Position numbers and translations under genes: made by a program
In this document: one piece after another, positions 1-9,294 of the stretch
Numbering within the stretch: the stretch's first letter is position 1
How the letters are laid out: the number at the start of each line of letters is the position of its first letter
The notes under the pieces: generated by a model
What the model saw: only the letters and a program-made list of their open reading frames with translations
The model's database searches: none
What the model was told of the DNA's origin: nothing
Source of the DNA: Zygophlyctis sp. KS116
Lineage: Eukaryota > Fungi > Chytridiomycota
DNA: 32,000 nucleotides
NCBI GenBank assembly: GCA_054661495.1
Contig: BAAFSQ010000043.1
Location: forward strand, 1-32,000
Direction: 5' to 3'

Positions 1-290
1 TCGTCGAATACTTCTTGGATTTCGTTGTAGAAGACTCCTTGCATGTCGTTTTAGATTCCGTAGATCTCACAGTAGGAGCGATAGATGTCTTGATCGTAGA
101 ATAAGCTTTTGTAGTGGAAGACTTCTTGGATTTCGTTGTAGAAGACTTCTTTGAACTCGAAGCAGTAGATGTCGTCGAATACTTCTTGGATTTCGTTGTA
201 GAAGACTCCTTGCATGTCGTTTTAGATTCCGTAGATCTCACAGTAGGATCGACAGATGTCTTGATCGTAGAAGAAGCTTTTGTAGTCGAA
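1..290. repeat. 171-nt (57-aa) coding tandem repeat with internal GACTTCTTGGATTTCGTTGTAGAA-like subrepeats
   Basis: Sequence at 1 recurs at 172 with few substitutions; the period is a multiple of 3. Confidence 0.9.
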
Positions 291-665
291 GACACTACCT
301 CAGAAGAAATCTTTGACTTGGACACTTGGCACTTTTTCGTTTGTTTCTGTTGACAATTATTTTTTTTGCATTTTCTTTTACGTCTCATCTTACGATTTCC
401 ACGATTCTAATGTTAGAAATAGTAATCATACATTCGATTGTAATGAATTGGATTTATGTTTCTTGTCTGGATTGAACTTGAGATCCTCCAAGGTACTATC
501 TAATACATCCTTGAAATGGTTAAACTCTTTAATCAGCTTTTCAGATTGCCAGCTGAGTAGATCTTCATCTGCACCTCTTATATTATGATTAAATAGATAA
601 TACCTATCGGCCCAGATGGCAAGTATAGAGATAATCCATATTAATATAAACAGATTGCTTTTCAT
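1..665 (-). CDS. Secreted/surface Ser/Thr/Lys-rich tandem-repeat (mucin-like) protein, 3' end outside window
   Basis: ATG at 665 with hydrophobic signal-like N-terminus MKSNLFILIWIISILAIWA. Removing GT-AG introns 603-577 (27 nt) and 431-407 (25 nt, CTAAC branch) gives an open frame to the window edge: basic Cys-containing linker, then repeats STTKASSTIKTSVDPTVRSTESKTTCKESSTTKSKKYSTT. Confidence 0.75.
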
Positions 666-1084
666 TTTTAAATGCAGCTGTCCCAGGCATCCTTTCCAGT
701 TAAGTGCTTTCCCAGTTAAGCGATTACGTCATTCTAATACGTGCTTCGAATTCGTAATTCCAATATGTAGTACTAATTAAATATCTGAATAGTCTGAATA
801 GTCCGACTGAAAAATAAAATATATTTCTTGGACTGCAGAGATCTCGACCGATTTTTCATCTTTTGGAAAAAATAAACCCGATCAGAATCGTAACTTTCCC
901 AGGATAATTATATCCAGGGTCCATGGATGATTACTTGATAATATTCGGACAAGCCAAGATAAGCATGGGCGACTCGGGAGGTCTGGGGTGAGGTCTTGCG
1001 TCTTGTCTAGTAAAACTAACAGTTCAGTGCCAGAGCGGCCCAGATGGAACTAGAATCAAGCAAAAAACCAGCAAAAGATTTAAG

Positions 1085-1157
1085 AGCCCTATGCGGGACT
1101 CGAACCCGCAACCTTGTGATTAAAAGTCACACGCTCTACCGATTGAGCTAACAGGGC
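1085..1157 (-). tRNA. tRNA-Lys (anticodon UUU), intronless
   Basis: Reverse strand GCCCTGT..ATAGGGC acceptor stem, TAGCTCAATCGGTAGAGC D-arm/A box, TGTGA-CTTTTAA-TCACA anticodon arm, GGTTCGAGTCC T-loop/B box. 73 nt, followed by T-runs (Pol III terminator). Confidence 0.97.
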
Positions 1158-1707
1158 TTGTTTGTTACAACTGTAGTTGGAATATTAGTGTGAATGATTG
1201 ATAGTGAACTCTAGATCTCAATCTGATGACAGATTGAGGATGAGAGATGTAACTGTTGATGCATCATGATACAGATTGTATCATGATTGTTTTATATACA
1301 CTCAGTTAGCAGAGAATTTGATGTTTCAGAAGTACTGACTAATAAATCAGGATTAGTATTGAATTTATATTCTTTGAGTATAACATGTTTCCAGAAAATT
1401 GCACTTTACTAATATTCGAAAATTGGAAAGAAATTCTTGCTGTTGATATTATTACGAATTTCACCTTTTGTAAATAGTACTGAAGGATTAATAGAAAACA
1501 TAATTTGCAGATTAAACTGTTTTAATAACACGACACTACCAAGTATGAAGGTACGGTGCGTCCGTTGATGAATTGAAAAATTTCGTATTCTGGAATTCTG
1601 GAATTCTAGATATGAATTCTTGAAAATGAAATGATTGTAAGTTTCTGGTTTCAGAGAGTCTTTGAAGATTTGAAATCATCAGGTCTAGTTTTAGGAGAGC
1701 AAGAAAA

Positions 1708-3961
1708 ATGGCGGCGGCGATTGAATTATCAGCAGAAATGGAATCATCAGCAGAAGTTGGACTGGACTTTAGTGATATCGAAAAAAAATATTCTGTGGAA
1801 TTAAATTCACAAGTGGATGCAGTTGTTGTGATCTCTAATCTGCCGATTGTGACTGTTGAAAGGGAAGAAAAGCTGATCAATGTCATAAAGAAGATCTTTC
1901 GAGGCATTGGGACTATTAATGAAGGAGGAATATGGATGCCGAAAGATGCTGAATCCGGAAAATCAAAAGGATATCTTTTCATGGAATTTCAGACAAAAGC
2001 AATGGCTGCAAATGCAGTAAAGGCTGGGGATGGGCATCGATTGGATAAATCTCATGTATTGGCCGTCAATTTTTTTGAAGATATTGATAAATATTGGAAC
2101 CTAGAAGAGGTTTATATTGAACCAACTGTTGAAGAATATGTGCCTAAAGAACACTTGAAGTCTTGGTTAGAGGATGAAAAGGCTCGTGATCAGTTCATGT
2201 TGTTAAAAGCTGATACTGTTGGAATATATTATAATAATAAGGCAAAATTGCCAGAATTGGCTCATAAGAGAGAAGTAGGATTATATTTGATCTAATTCAA
2301 AGAATTGGACGGATAGTTTTATAGCTTTTTCTCCTCACGGCTTGTATTTGGCTACAGTTCATAAACAAGGGATTGCGCTCTGGGGAGGTAAGTCTTGGAA
2401 TAAAATTGCTCGTTTTCCTCATCCAAATGCTGCCTTTTTGGATTTTTCTCCAAATGATCAATATTTAACGACATATTCTTTTGAACCGTTTAATAGTGGA
2501 GGGGAGTCTCATGTATGTTTTTTTAAATATGATGAAATTCTATTTCACTAGAGGATTAATCTGAATATTACTAGAGGCGCAGTATTGTGCCCAGTAATTT
2601 TGATGACTCTGTGAATGGATATCTGATTTTAATTATTATTGCTAAAAATTTAGAATCTTTGTGTTTGGCATATTGCTTCTGGGCGGCTATTGAGATCATT
2701 TTTAGTAAATGGTAAGACTGATTCAAATGCTGATCAGTCTTCAAAGGTTGATTGGCCCATTTTCAAATGGTCAAATGACGAAAAATATGCTGTAAAGGTT
2801 GTAAAAGGAGCAGAGGGGATGATTCAAATTTATCAACTTCCTGGAATGGGACTGCTTGATAAAAAATCTATAAAGGTATTTATTTATCAATTGTAAATTA
2901 TCAGGTTGAAAATGTGGTAGATTTAGAGTGGTCTCCAAATGATCATATTTTAAGCTATTGGACTCCTGAGGAAGGCAATTCTCCAGCTCGTGTTACATTA
3001 ATGAGTGTTCCAAGCAGAGAAATAATTAGAACAAAGAATCTTTTTGGTGTCTTGGATGTATCTCTATTATTTTCTAATCTACTAGTGTAAACTCTTCTGG
3101 CAGTCTAATGGTGATTACCTCATGGTCAAAGTTGACAGAGCCAAGACCAAAAAACAAACAACAACCTCCTTTGAAGTCTATAGTATCCATGAAAAAGATA
3201 TACCTGTGGATGTATTTGAATCTGCTGCAAATGAAGAGATAACTAGCATCTTTTGGGAACCTTCTGGACATCGATTTGTTGTATTAGCCAATGAAGGCTC
3301 AAAGGCTTTGGCTCATTTTTACCAAATTTCACAAAAAAAAACCAATCTTCCTGGTTTAGAATCTACAGAAATCAGTATTACCAAAACTGTAGATGCCAAG
3401 GGAATCAACCATGTTTCTTGGTCGCCCAAAGGACGTTTTTGTGTCTTTGTGGGACTTCGTCAAGGGAATATTCAGTTTTGGGATGCTGAAGAGAATGTTT
3501 TATTAGCTTCTGAGGAACACTACTCCTGTACAAGTGTTGAATGGGATCCAACCGGAAGATATGTTGTATCGTGTGTTTCTTCATGGCAAACTCAGACTGA
3601 CACTGGAATCATAATGTGGAATTTCACGGGCAGTTCTATTTCTAAACAAATGATTCCTGGATTCAAGCAATTTTTATGGCGTCCACGCCCAGAATCATTG
3701 CTGACTGAAAAGGAAAAGAAGAATATTCGAAAGAATCTTAAAGAATTCTCCCGAGAATTTGATGTGGAAGATGCAGCGGATTTGACAAAAGCTTCTAGAG
3801 AAGTGGTGGAGAAGAGAAAGGCACAAAGGAAAGAATGGCAGGATCTAGAGAACAAATGGGCCGCCAAGTATTCTGATCAGTATGAAAATCGTCTCAAATT
3901 ATATGGCTTCGACGCAGATAGATATCTTACAGAGAATGAAGATTGGATCGAAGTTAATTAA
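1708..3961 (+). CDS. PRT1: Eukaryotic translation initiation factor 3 subunit B (RRM + beta-propeller), about 675 aa
   Basis: [70 protein letters not shown]. Introns 2275-2302, 2513-2653, 2876-2904, 3058-3085 restore a continuous frame. Exact 3' end uncertain. Confidence 0.95.
2524..2631 (+). ncRNA. Intronic box C/D snoRNA in eIF3b intron 2 (target not identified)
   Basis: Box C ATGATGA 2529-2535, D' CTGA 2561-2564, C' TGATGA 2601-2606, box D CTGA 2623-2626. AT terminal stem and internal hairpin ATTACT/GGCGCA..TGTGCC/AGTAAT. It occupies a 141-nt intron where other introns are about 27 nt. Confidence 0.85.
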
Positions 3962-4041
3962 TAAAAAAAGTAATTGTGCTCTTTGCAGCGATGGCCCTGA
4001 AAGCGATGACGTCGACGAATAATCTTTCCGAATAGGATAAA

Positions 4042-5881
4042 ATGGAAGTAACAGAAGCTCAGATCGATAATATAGCCACTTTGAATGAAGCCAATAGCAC
4101 TGCTGTAGCTCCTGTCGCTGATACAGTTCTACCGGTAGCAGAAAATGCTGATCCATATATCTCGAACGTAAAGAAAGAAGTCCGAAAGAAGGAAATCCAG
4201 ACCGATGATGTTGAATTTTTAAATGCAAAAGCATATTTATCTACAAAGATCAATGGAGATTCCGCATCGGTATATGATCATTTAGCCAGTTTGGTTTCTC
4301 GGCTACTGGAAACAAAACCAACAAACGCACTCGGTAAGTCTACATCATCTAAAATCAGAAAACATTGAATCTTTGTCAGCACAGATCAAAAAAACCAGAT
4401 TCAAGGCTGATCTTGCTGAATCTGCTCATGCTCTCAAGCATGTTGCAGATAATACAGCGGATCTGGAATTATCTAAAGCTAAATTACAATTGTTTTCTGT
4501 AATTTTTAAATACTAAAAGACAAAGTATAAAAAAACTGATTCCTCAGCTGAAGCAGGTGAAATTCCAGATATTATTGACTTGGCTAATTTATGGGAATGG
4601 GCTGGTGTAACAAATTATATATATTGATGAATTAGTTATCATTTGGCAAGGAAGAGACTTTTGTTCTGTTGGCATCAATCAAAAAGCTGGTCAATGACGC
4701 CCCCATAAAATCTGTACGATTGTGGGGTAAAATATTTGGAACAAAGGCTAATTACATCATTGTTGAAACTGAATTTAAAGAAGGAGCTACTGATGAACAA
4801 GATGAAATTATTAATCCACCAGTTGTAGAAGATGCTTCAGCAGATGATCAAGAAACAGATGGGCCAGAAAAAGACGCCCCAAAACCAAAAACCAAACCAA
4901 CCAAAAGACTAGGAATTGAAAAAAAATCTGGAGCAAATAAATATATTTATTATGTTTGCAGCTATGGTAATTTCATATATAATCTAAATTTAGCCGGAGG
5001 AGCCTGGACAAGATTGCCTGATGTTATTCCTGAAAAACTGCAAGTTTCTCGCCAAATCAATAAGATGTTTACAGGATATTTGAGCACCCCAATAAATAGC
5101 TACCCAGTTTTTGGGGGGAATGAAGATCAATATCTCCGTTGTCAGATTGCACGTATTTCTGCTGCGACCGTTATAAGTCCTTCAGGTTATTATATCCCTG
5201 ATCCAGAAGAAGCAGAAGCAGATGCTGCAGGAAACAATCCTACAATAATTATCAATGCTGAATATGAAGGATTATCTACTGAACAACTCTTAATAACTTC
5301 CAACTGGGTTCATCATGTTCCTTATCTTTTACCTCAAGGACGAATCGTTTGGGAGAATCCACTAGTCTCAAAGAATTCAAATGAAGATGAAGATGACGAA
5401 GAAAGAGAAGATGACGAAGAAAAAGAAGAAACTCGTATTGAACCAGAAACTGGTCCTGCCATATTATCTACCGTTAATTTGGATGATGGTAAATTAATCT
5501 CTTAAAAATTTAGAGTTGGGAAATATTTCCGCATGGTCAACTCGTCTTTGCTCTAATTTATCACCTAGCAATTTTTCACCAGTGGTATTAAAGTCAAATC
5601 GATGGATTGGTGCGACAGTTATTTCCTACAATGATAAATTTACAAATGTTTATATAGGAAATGGACTAAAGAATCTTGGAAATCCTATTCCCAAGTTTGC
5701 GCCCCCTCTTTTACCACCAGTTCAATCTGAATTTTCAATCCCAGAAGGATCAGACCCACTTTTAGAACAACTTGATCCAACTGTAGAAGCCGAAGCAGCA
5801 CTTGAAGCAGAACGCAAATCCAAGGAAGAAACCAAGGCTGCAGACGAAGGAGAAGCCGAAGAAGAAGAGGAAGATGAATGA
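4042..5881 (+). CDS. RSPH4A: Flagellar radial spoke head protein RSP4/6 family, about 570 aa
   Basis: SVYDHLASLVSRLL, VRLWGKIFGTKANYIIVE, GANKYIYYVC, YLRCQIARISAATVISPSGYY, WVHHVPYLLPQGR, LKSNRWIGA, NVYIGNGLK. Introns 4334-4358, 4499-4519 (or -4525), 4607-4635, 4967-4993, 5489-5513. Confidence 0.92.
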
Positions 5882-6236
5882 TTTGAATTTCTTCTTGAAT
5901 TCCTAGCTTTTCTCTTTTGAATTTTAGCAATGTCTTTAGCTATTTTTGAATCTTTTCCATTCATGACTTGATCCAACTTCAACCTCAACAACTTTCTAGC
6001 CTCTTTTCTATTATCTGCTAAACCTCTAAAAGCCTGAGTTTCTACTTTTATTCCCGACGGCAAATGCAACAATTGCACTGCTGATGCAGTCTTGTTAATC
6101 TTTCTTTAAATTTTAATCATTGTACTTACTGACCGCCCTTTCCACCGCCTTTTATAAACTTTTCAACAAGATCTGATTCTAGAATATCAAGTTTCCTAAA
6201 TGAAGACAATAAACTCTTGAAAATCCTCAAAAACAT
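5722..6236 (-). CDS. Mitochondrial peptidyl-tRNA hydrolase/ribosome rescue factor (C12orf65/mtRF-R-like, GGQ), 162 aa
   Basis: Presequence-like MFLRIFKSLLSSFRK, then ESDLVEKFIKGGGKGGQKINKTASAVQLLHLPSGIKVETQAFR..NRKEAR and a basic tail. A 26-nt intron 6129-6104 splits the Gln codon of GGQ. The first in-frame stop lies inside the RSPH CDS. Confidence 0.88.
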
Positions 6237-6278
6237 GGAATAACTAAGTTAAAGGTCTGCGTTTGGCACATAAAACGA
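6237..6278. promoter_or_regulatory. 42-bp divergent promoter (mtRF-R-like / SGF73)
   Basis: Head-to-head ATGs at 6236 and 6279. Confidence 0.65.
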
Positions 6279-6863
6279 ATGTGGTCAGATTTTGAGAAAC
6301 TCTATGGTCTGCAACTACCAAATTCAACAATGGACGATGAAATTTCTATTTTTGAAGAACCTTTAATAGTGACTTGTAATTCTTGTTCCATGTCTATTTT
6401 AGCACCATCATTTCATTCACATTTTTCAGAATGCACAGGAAATATTATTTCTCAAGATCCGATTAAACCACCGCCTGCTAAAAAGAAGATTCCAGGACTC
6501 AAAAAAAAGGAAAAAAAGAAATTAGATCTAGATCGTCATTGTGGAGTCTTGTTGGAAAATGGAGAATATTGTATTAGATCTCTAAAATGCAAAAATCATA
6601 CTCTAAATATGAAACGACAGGTGTCTGGAAGATCAAATTCTTTTGATGTTTTATATAATGATTCTTCAAAAGTTTCAAAATCATCTACTCAAGTGACTAT
6701 TGTAAATTCACTTTCTCCAGATCAAGAAGTATCTTGTATTCTAAAATCATTGGAATCTTTTACACCAAATCCACTCGTGATTTATCATGATCCATGTATA
6801 CTAAATCTTGCTAGATTAAAAAATGATCTTGTATTATCAGAAATTGTTAGGCTTCCGACTTGA
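6279..6863 (+). CDS. SGF73: SAGA deubiquitinase-module subunit Sgf73/ataxin-7-like (N-terminal Zn finger + SCA7 domain)
   Basis: CNSC..FHSHFSEC zinc finger; SCA7 signature DLDRHCGV..GEYCIRSLKCKNHTLNMKRQVSGRSNSFDVL. Confidence 0.85.
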   Translation: MWSDFEKLYGLQLPNSTMDDEISIFEEPLIVTCNSCSMSILAPSFHSHFSECTGNIISQDPIKPPPAKKKIPGLKKKEKKKLDLDRHCGVLLENGEYCIRSLKCKNHTLNMKRQVSGRSNSFDVLYNDSSKVSKSSTQVTIVNSLSPDQEVSCILKSLESFTPNPLVIYHDPCILNLARLKNDLVLSEIVRLPT

Positions 6864-6928
6864 TACTAGTAATAATATACATTTTCTTGGCTTATCTTTA
6901 GTCTATCCTAGCCCAATAGAGTTTATAG

Positions 6929-7181
6929 ATGCTTCCTGCTCCCGGAGATGATAAAAATGTTGACAGATTAGAGATCAACAGTCTGAAATTTGATGCTCTT
7001 GGTCCAATAGTTATAAATTCTGTATTTTAACCGTTTTTACTTGTAGGATGGTACATTGGCTCGTGTGTCTAATTGGGAGAGTATGACCGTCGCTGAACAG
7101 GAATCTACTAAAAGACAATTGATCAAGAGAAATGCTACAAGATTAAAGAATCTAGAAGCTGCTGAACAGTCTAATACTTGA
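6929..7181 (+). CDS. Small uncharacterised protein (75 aa), absent from ORF track
   Basis: Exons 6929-7021 and 7047-7181 (25-nt GT-AG intron) give MLPAPGDDKNVDRLEINSLKFDALGPIVINSDGTLARVSNWESMTVAEQESTKRQLIKRNATRLKNLEAAEQSNT. I recall LGP-VN-DGTL-R-NW-M...KRN-RL as the motif of a conserved fungal hypothetical family. Confidence 0.8.
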
Positions 7182-7364
7182 TCTGCTTGTACAGTTTGAT
7201 CTTGTACCATCATTCCATTAAAACCACTAAAACCATAATAAGCCATAAGAAACCATCATTCCACAAGAATAATAATAAGAAAGTGTATTTAGTTGAGGGA
7301 CCGATCAGGATCAGACAAGAATATGCGGCAATCCACTATTTGTCTACGTCATTCATTTTAAATA

Positions 7365-7997
7365 ATGCCTCCCTTAGTTAAAGAATACAAGATTATAGTC
7401 TTGGGATCTGGTGGAGTTGGAAAGGTAATATAAAGATTAATATTAATAAAAAGTCTGCTCTAACATTACAATTTGTCAATAATCAGTTTATGGATGAATA
7501 TGATCCTACAATTGAAGATGCTTATCAGAGACAATGTGTTATAGAGGGAGAATCAGCACTGTTAGATATATTAGATACCGCTGGTAAGTATACTAAAGAA
7601 TAATTTAATATTAGGACAAGAGGAATATGCAGCAATGAGAGAAACTTATATGAGATCAGGAGAAGGATTTTTATTGGTTTATTCAGTGACTTCAAGGAAT
7701 AGTTTTAATGAAATTACTGCTTTACAAAAACAAATATGTAGAGTAAAAGACTCTGATTCCGTTCCAATTATTCTAGTTGCAAACAAGTGTGATTTAACTC
7801 ATGATCGGACAGTCACTGTAGAAGAAGGGAAAACATTAGCAAGAAAATTTAAATGCAGATATGTTGAAACATCAGCAAGATTAAGAGTTAATGTTCAAGA
7901 ATGTTTTTATTATTTGGTTAGGGAAATGCGAAGTAATATGCCAGTTCGTAAAGACACTGGAAGAAAGAAACAACGGAGCAAATGCACCATTTTATGA
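7365..7997 (+). CDS. Ras-family small GTPase, 190 aa
   Basis: [37 protein letters not shown], polybasic tail plus CaaX CTIL. Introns 7425-7453 and 7584-7614. Confidence 0.95.
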
Positions 7998-8024
7998 TTA
8001 ATATGACTAGACCCTAGTTTAAAT

Positions 8025-8046
8025 AAAAATTTTGTTGCGAAAATTT
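8025..8046 (+). promoter_or_regulatory. RRPE-like elements upstream of fibrillarin
   Basis: AAAAATTTT (8025-8033) and GCGAAAATTT (8037-8046) resemble the yeast rRNA-processing element TGAAAAWTTT. The AT-rich background lowers significance. Confidence 0.35.
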
Positions 8047-8084
8047 GCAATTTTTTTCAAAGTTTTTTTCAAAAAAGTTTAAAA

Positions 8085-9245
8085 ATGGGTTATGGTAATG
8101 CAATCTTTTGGTAATGCATAGGAGCACCAAGCAGAGGATCACCAAGAGGTGGTAGAGGAGGATTTTCATCAAGAGGATCTCCAGGCGGACGAGGAGGTTT
8201 CTCATCTAGAGGGTCCCCAGGAGGACGAGGAGGTTTCTCTTCAAGAGGATCGCCAGGAGGAAGAGGAGGTATGAATGCATTCGCTGATCATGTATAGGAT
8301 CTAGAGGAGGAAGAGGAGCACCAAGAGGAAGAGGAGCTCCCCGAGGAAGAGGAGGTTTAGGAGCTAGAGGCGGATCTAAAGTTGTGATTGAACCTCATCG
8401 ACATGCAGGAGTTTTTATTGCTCGTGGAAAAGAAGATATGTTGGTTACAATGAATCTAGTTCCAGGAGAAGCTGTTTATGGTGAAAAAAGAATTTCGGTC
8501 GATAATACTGATGGTACAAAAACAGAATATCGAGTTTGGAATCCTTTTAGATCAAAGTTGGCTGCCGGAGTATTAGGTGGTCTTGATCATATTCATATTG
8601 CACCTGGGCAAAAAGTTTTATATCTTGGCGCAGCTAGTGGTACTAGTGTGAGTCATGTTTCAGATATCGTTGGAAAGGTAAAGATTATTTTACTTTTTAT
8701 AAAGTGCATTACTAATCTTTTCAAGAAGAGATTTTGAAAATTAGTAGGTCTAGGAATAGAATTTTCTAACCTAGACTCTAATTGATCAGGAGTAATGCAC
8801 TGTTTTCGCTTAAATTTTTAATCATGAATAGGATGGTCTAGTTTATGCAGTAGAATTCTCTCATCGTTCTGGTCGTGATTTGATTAATATGGCAAAGAAG
8901 AGAACTAATGTGATTCCTATAATTGAAGATGCACGTCATCCTCAAAAATATAGAATGTTGATTGGCATGGTTGATGTTGTTTTTGCAGATGTTGCCCAAC
9001 CTGATCAGGCTCGTATTATTGCATTAAATGCTCACATGTTTTTAAAGACTGGAGGTCATATTGTTATTTCTATTAAAGCTAATTGCATTGATTCAACAGT
9101 AGATGCTGCCACAGTTTTTGCTCGTGAAGTTAAAAAGCTACAAGAAGAAAAAATTAAACCTCAAGAACAGTTAACTTTAGAACCTTATGAACGTGATCAT
9201 GCGATTGTGGTTGGATGTTACCGTTTTCTGAAAAAGAAAGATTAA
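8085..9245 (+). CDS. NOP1: Fibrillarin, rRNA 2'-O-methyltransferase, 316 aa
   Basis: RGG/GAR N-terminus, [64 protein letters not shown]. Introns 8095-8121, 8269-8297, 8678-8831. Confidence 0.98.
8703..8801 (+). other. Structured RNA element (three-way junction) inside fibrillarin intron 3
   Basis: Perfect 11-bp closing helix AGTGCATTACT 8703-8713 / AGTAATGCACT 8791-8801; arms TTTTCAA/TTGAAAA (8718-8740) and TTAG+GTCTAGG / CCTAGAC+CTAA (8741-8781). Confidence 0.75.
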
Positions 9246-9294
9246 CATTTATATTTTTCCTTATAATAAGAAATTTAGAATGCCTTTTCATCTA

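Noticed and set aside
114-588. Plus-strand ORFs 114..353 and 313..588, and the repeats as a CRISPR array
   Set aside because: They are antisense shadows of a coding tandem repeat; no unique spacers, eukaryotic context.
910-1050. RNase P/MRP or spliceosomal snRNA
   Set aside because: GGGAGGTCTG resembles RNase P CR-I, but I found no CR-V partner and no U1/U2/U5/U6 signature.
3953-4022. Extra acidic last exon for eIF3b (..SDGPESDDVDE*)
   Set aside because: Neither available AG (3970, 3988) joins it in frame from GT-3953, and the region carries the promoter-type ATGACGTC motif of RSPH. A homopolymer error cannot be excluded.
7037-7381. ORFs 7037..7246 (-) and 7178..7381 (+)
   Set aside because: No recognisable motifs; better explained by the spliced plus-strand 75-aa gene and low-complexity intergenic sequence.
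7365-7997. Rap1/Rsr1 or an activated Ras variant
   Set aside because: Gln61 (AGQEE) and Gly12/Gly13 equivalents are intact; Rap has Thr at 61.
8703-8801. Fibrillarin intron element as a standard snoRNA
   Set aside because: No RTGATGA/CTGA pair, no hairpin-H-hairpin-ACA layout; the ends are closed by one long helix.
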